Below are positions 46,662-49,366 of a DNA stretch of 49,366 bases, piece by piece; the first letter of the stretch is position 1; the number at the start of each line of letters is the position of its first letter. Both the position numbers and the translations under genes were made by a program. Location: assembly GCA_000934665.2 (NCBI GenBank), contig JYFJ02002888.1, forward strand, positions 1-49,366, written 5' to 3'. The notes below the pieces were generated by a model. It worked only from the letters and a program-made list of their open reading frames with translations, searched no databases and was not told the origin of the DNA. The stretch is from Catajapyx aquilonaris. Its lineage: Eukaryota.

Positions 46662-49366
46662 ACATATTTTGTGTATAAAACATATTGAAGTGTTCATTGG
46701 TGTTCTAGATTAGTAATAATGATAATCACTATACCTGACATTCAAATTAATTAAACACGACGCGTTTAAATGACCCTGAAAAGTACAAAACAATATTCAT
46801 AAGCTATTCTTATTTACGTAAAGCAGCTTTATTACGATAATCGCACCCTTGCATCAACTCAACTGAAAATTTCCGACATTTCACAAATAGCCAATTTCAA
46901 AAGCAACTCAGCACAAGCAATCAATAACGGAGCGACTGAGATCCAACACAAACGGAACACGCTTCTAAGTTCTTTTAAGCATCAGGCAAAAACTTGGGTC
47001 GGTGTCAAGTGTAAGTATGCAATCCCCCGAGTATATTTTTATGTGCTTGGGGCGTGCCTGGCCTCGTAAATTGGGGGGAAGAAACCCGATGGAGCTCCAT
47101 GCTTATGAATGCACGCGAACTGCACTGCCCCTCTCTCTAATTACCCTTTATACTTGTTGCCAGGTGGACTATTTTCCTTGCAAACTTCACTTTGAGGCAC
47201 ATGAAGGTGTAATTCCCAGGTCACCACCAGTACCTGAATAATTCAACTGGAAAGTTCGTTCTAGTGCAGCACAGAGTGTCGCCAGGGCCTATAGGAAGGT
47301 ACAAAAGTAGAGCTCTAATGACACTGCTGACTCAGTGAAACGTGCGCTTTGACCACACATGTAAGAAATTGAATGAATTCATTAATACAGTGCTAATGTT
47401 GATGTTAATTATTATGAAACATCGTGAAGAGTTGAATCAGGTAGGAGAACCTTATTTTAATATGATTTACTGAACAGTTGCAAAATGGTGGCAATTTTTC
47501 TGGCCTATAAATACATCCTCAGAGAGCATGACTACAGCGGCCTATATATGTTAAATATATCAACCTTATTATATACGGGAATTTGTTAGCATACTGCACA
47601 TCAAGGGAATCCCGAAAGAGAGACTTGAATGATGAGTATGTCGACAGGTTGTTTCAGAACTCGAAATGAGTCATGAATTTAGAATGAAGTAGTTTGTTAC
47701 TGCACAAGGAGGGTTTCAAAAGGCACCGTGTCTCTCTTAAGCAATAGCTCTACCTGGGCCTTGAATACCTACATATATTCATGTATATGTTGATATAACA
47801 TAATGAAAATATACTTGAATGTGCAGTACTTGTAGGCCTACCTTAAGTGCATTCATAATTATCATAATAATTATATTCATAAGTTATTTTTAGAAATACA
47901 TCATACCGAGTCCTTTATTGTCGCATTATAAACAGCAGGTATAGAAACGTGAATTACGGAGTTGTTCCTTGAATAAAGCAGCATAATGTCAAGTTGCAGC
48001 ATTGGCAATGTTTATCACAGCAGCAAGTTGAGTCGTAGTTGCCACTCAACTGGCGTTAATGCTGACAATCTATGAGCCTGCCCTCATCTGTCATTCATTA
48101 TGTTACCACGCTTGTAACTGGGAGCGCTTTAATCCGGTATGTCCTAGAACGAAAAACCTATTTGCCTTATCCCCACAGCTATTTATGCCATGTTATCACA
48201 CCAGGATTGCCCTGCTATAGTACACCATCCTGATATAGGGCCCATGGCGCTCACATGCATTTTTTTTGGCTGTTTTAAAACCATGACCCACTATTCGCAA
48301 ATCCCCAGCTTGATTATTCTAATCACCCAAACGTGGAATTCGGTAGAAGTAAACACAAGGCCAGGGATGAAGCATGTCTTATGACTTAATTGCCGTTGGA
48401 ATTAGTTAAGGCCGTCCTTGAAAATTAGGCTAAAGCAGGTAGACTACAAAAAAAAATCAAGGATGAAACGATAAGGCCACGTTCTGAATATCACTCATTT
48501 CGTTGAAAAGAGTATGGTATGAAAAGCGGCCACTCGGGCCTCGGCTCCAGCTAAATTTGGGTATGTCGGTCGGATTATCGTCGCCATTAATAACGTCCCG
48601 AGAAGGATTACTGCCAGTGTCGTGCTGCTCTGCCAGGATTGGTCTTTGTTCTCACTAGAAGAACCCTGCCGAGATTTTCCACAGAGTTTATACCTGCACT
48701 AAAGTGAGACCCCGGCAGGCCAACTGTCATCAGGCCCACACTTGAGCTATATCTTGTGGACTTAATGACCCCTGTTACGTGTGAGGATGTTCAAAACTTA
48801 TTAACACTGTGAGCAACTAGGGAGTAAGGAATAGTTATCTCCAAAGTTGGCTCACGTTTCGCAAGATTCTGGGTTGCAAGTTGACCGCCTTTTAGAACAA
48901 TGTTATTGGTGTTGGAAGTGTGTATGGGCACAGATTGCATAGGAGTTGACCATGAACAAAAATATTGGGGATGTCTAATATTTCTTAGGTCAGATGGCAA
49001 GGTGAAGTTACCAAAGCGTACTCTATACCGTATGCATTTGCATTATTTTGTGTAGCTGTTCATGTACTGTATATCAGCCTATTCTCTTTAATTCTGACAA
49101 CACCAGTACTGTTTTTTGTCAGGTAGAATTATTCGTATCAAGTTTTTGCAATCTGTGTATGTTTTAATGAAAGGCACATAAGCGCATTGAAGGATGTTCT
49201 GTATTGCAGTAGAACACTGGTCGGTGATTTCTGTAAGCTGACGGGGCACTTTTCATAAGCTATCAAAGTAATGGGGAAGTAGCCTTCATTTTGGAAACTA
49301 CATAATAAATTCGCCCATATTTTTTGGATTTTTTTGGCATATTCCGTTTTAAGATATCAGTTCCCG

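Overview
Eukaryotic, repeat-rich genomic DNA. The repeat types (tRNA-derived SINEs, Tc1/mariner, hAT, piggyBac, Sola and Harbinger-type MITEs) point to an insect or other arthropod, but the species cannot be fixed from this window. The only host gene I can support is a minus-strand, intron-split gene in the left 10.3 kb whose exons resemble the N-terminal half of SNAPC4 (snRNA-activating protein complex subunit 4). The best exon is 3422-3687; candidate exons lie at 8175-8337 and 10071-10267, and the gene presumably continues off the left edge. Its introns and flanks are packed with decayed mobile elements: a Buster-type hAT remnant, a LINE endonuclease fragment split by a Tc1/mariner element, a probable solo LTR, at least four SINE families with clear target-site duplications (TSDs), and many fold-back MITEs. 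About 17-49 kb looks non-coding, with scattered MITEs and SINEs and one ~300-bp tandem unit enclosing an unexplained GC-richer ~1 kb segment. Almost all ORFs in the supplied track are spurious. I found no rRNA, true tRNA or CRISPR array, and no convincing novel multi-gene system. The most interesting points are the apparently scrambled SNAPC4-like exon order, modular SINEs sharing tails, a long hairpin just before a LINE ORF2, and the repeat-bounded ~1 kb segment at 29.7-30.7 kb. All protein and repeat-family assignments are by-eye motif recognition, not database searches.
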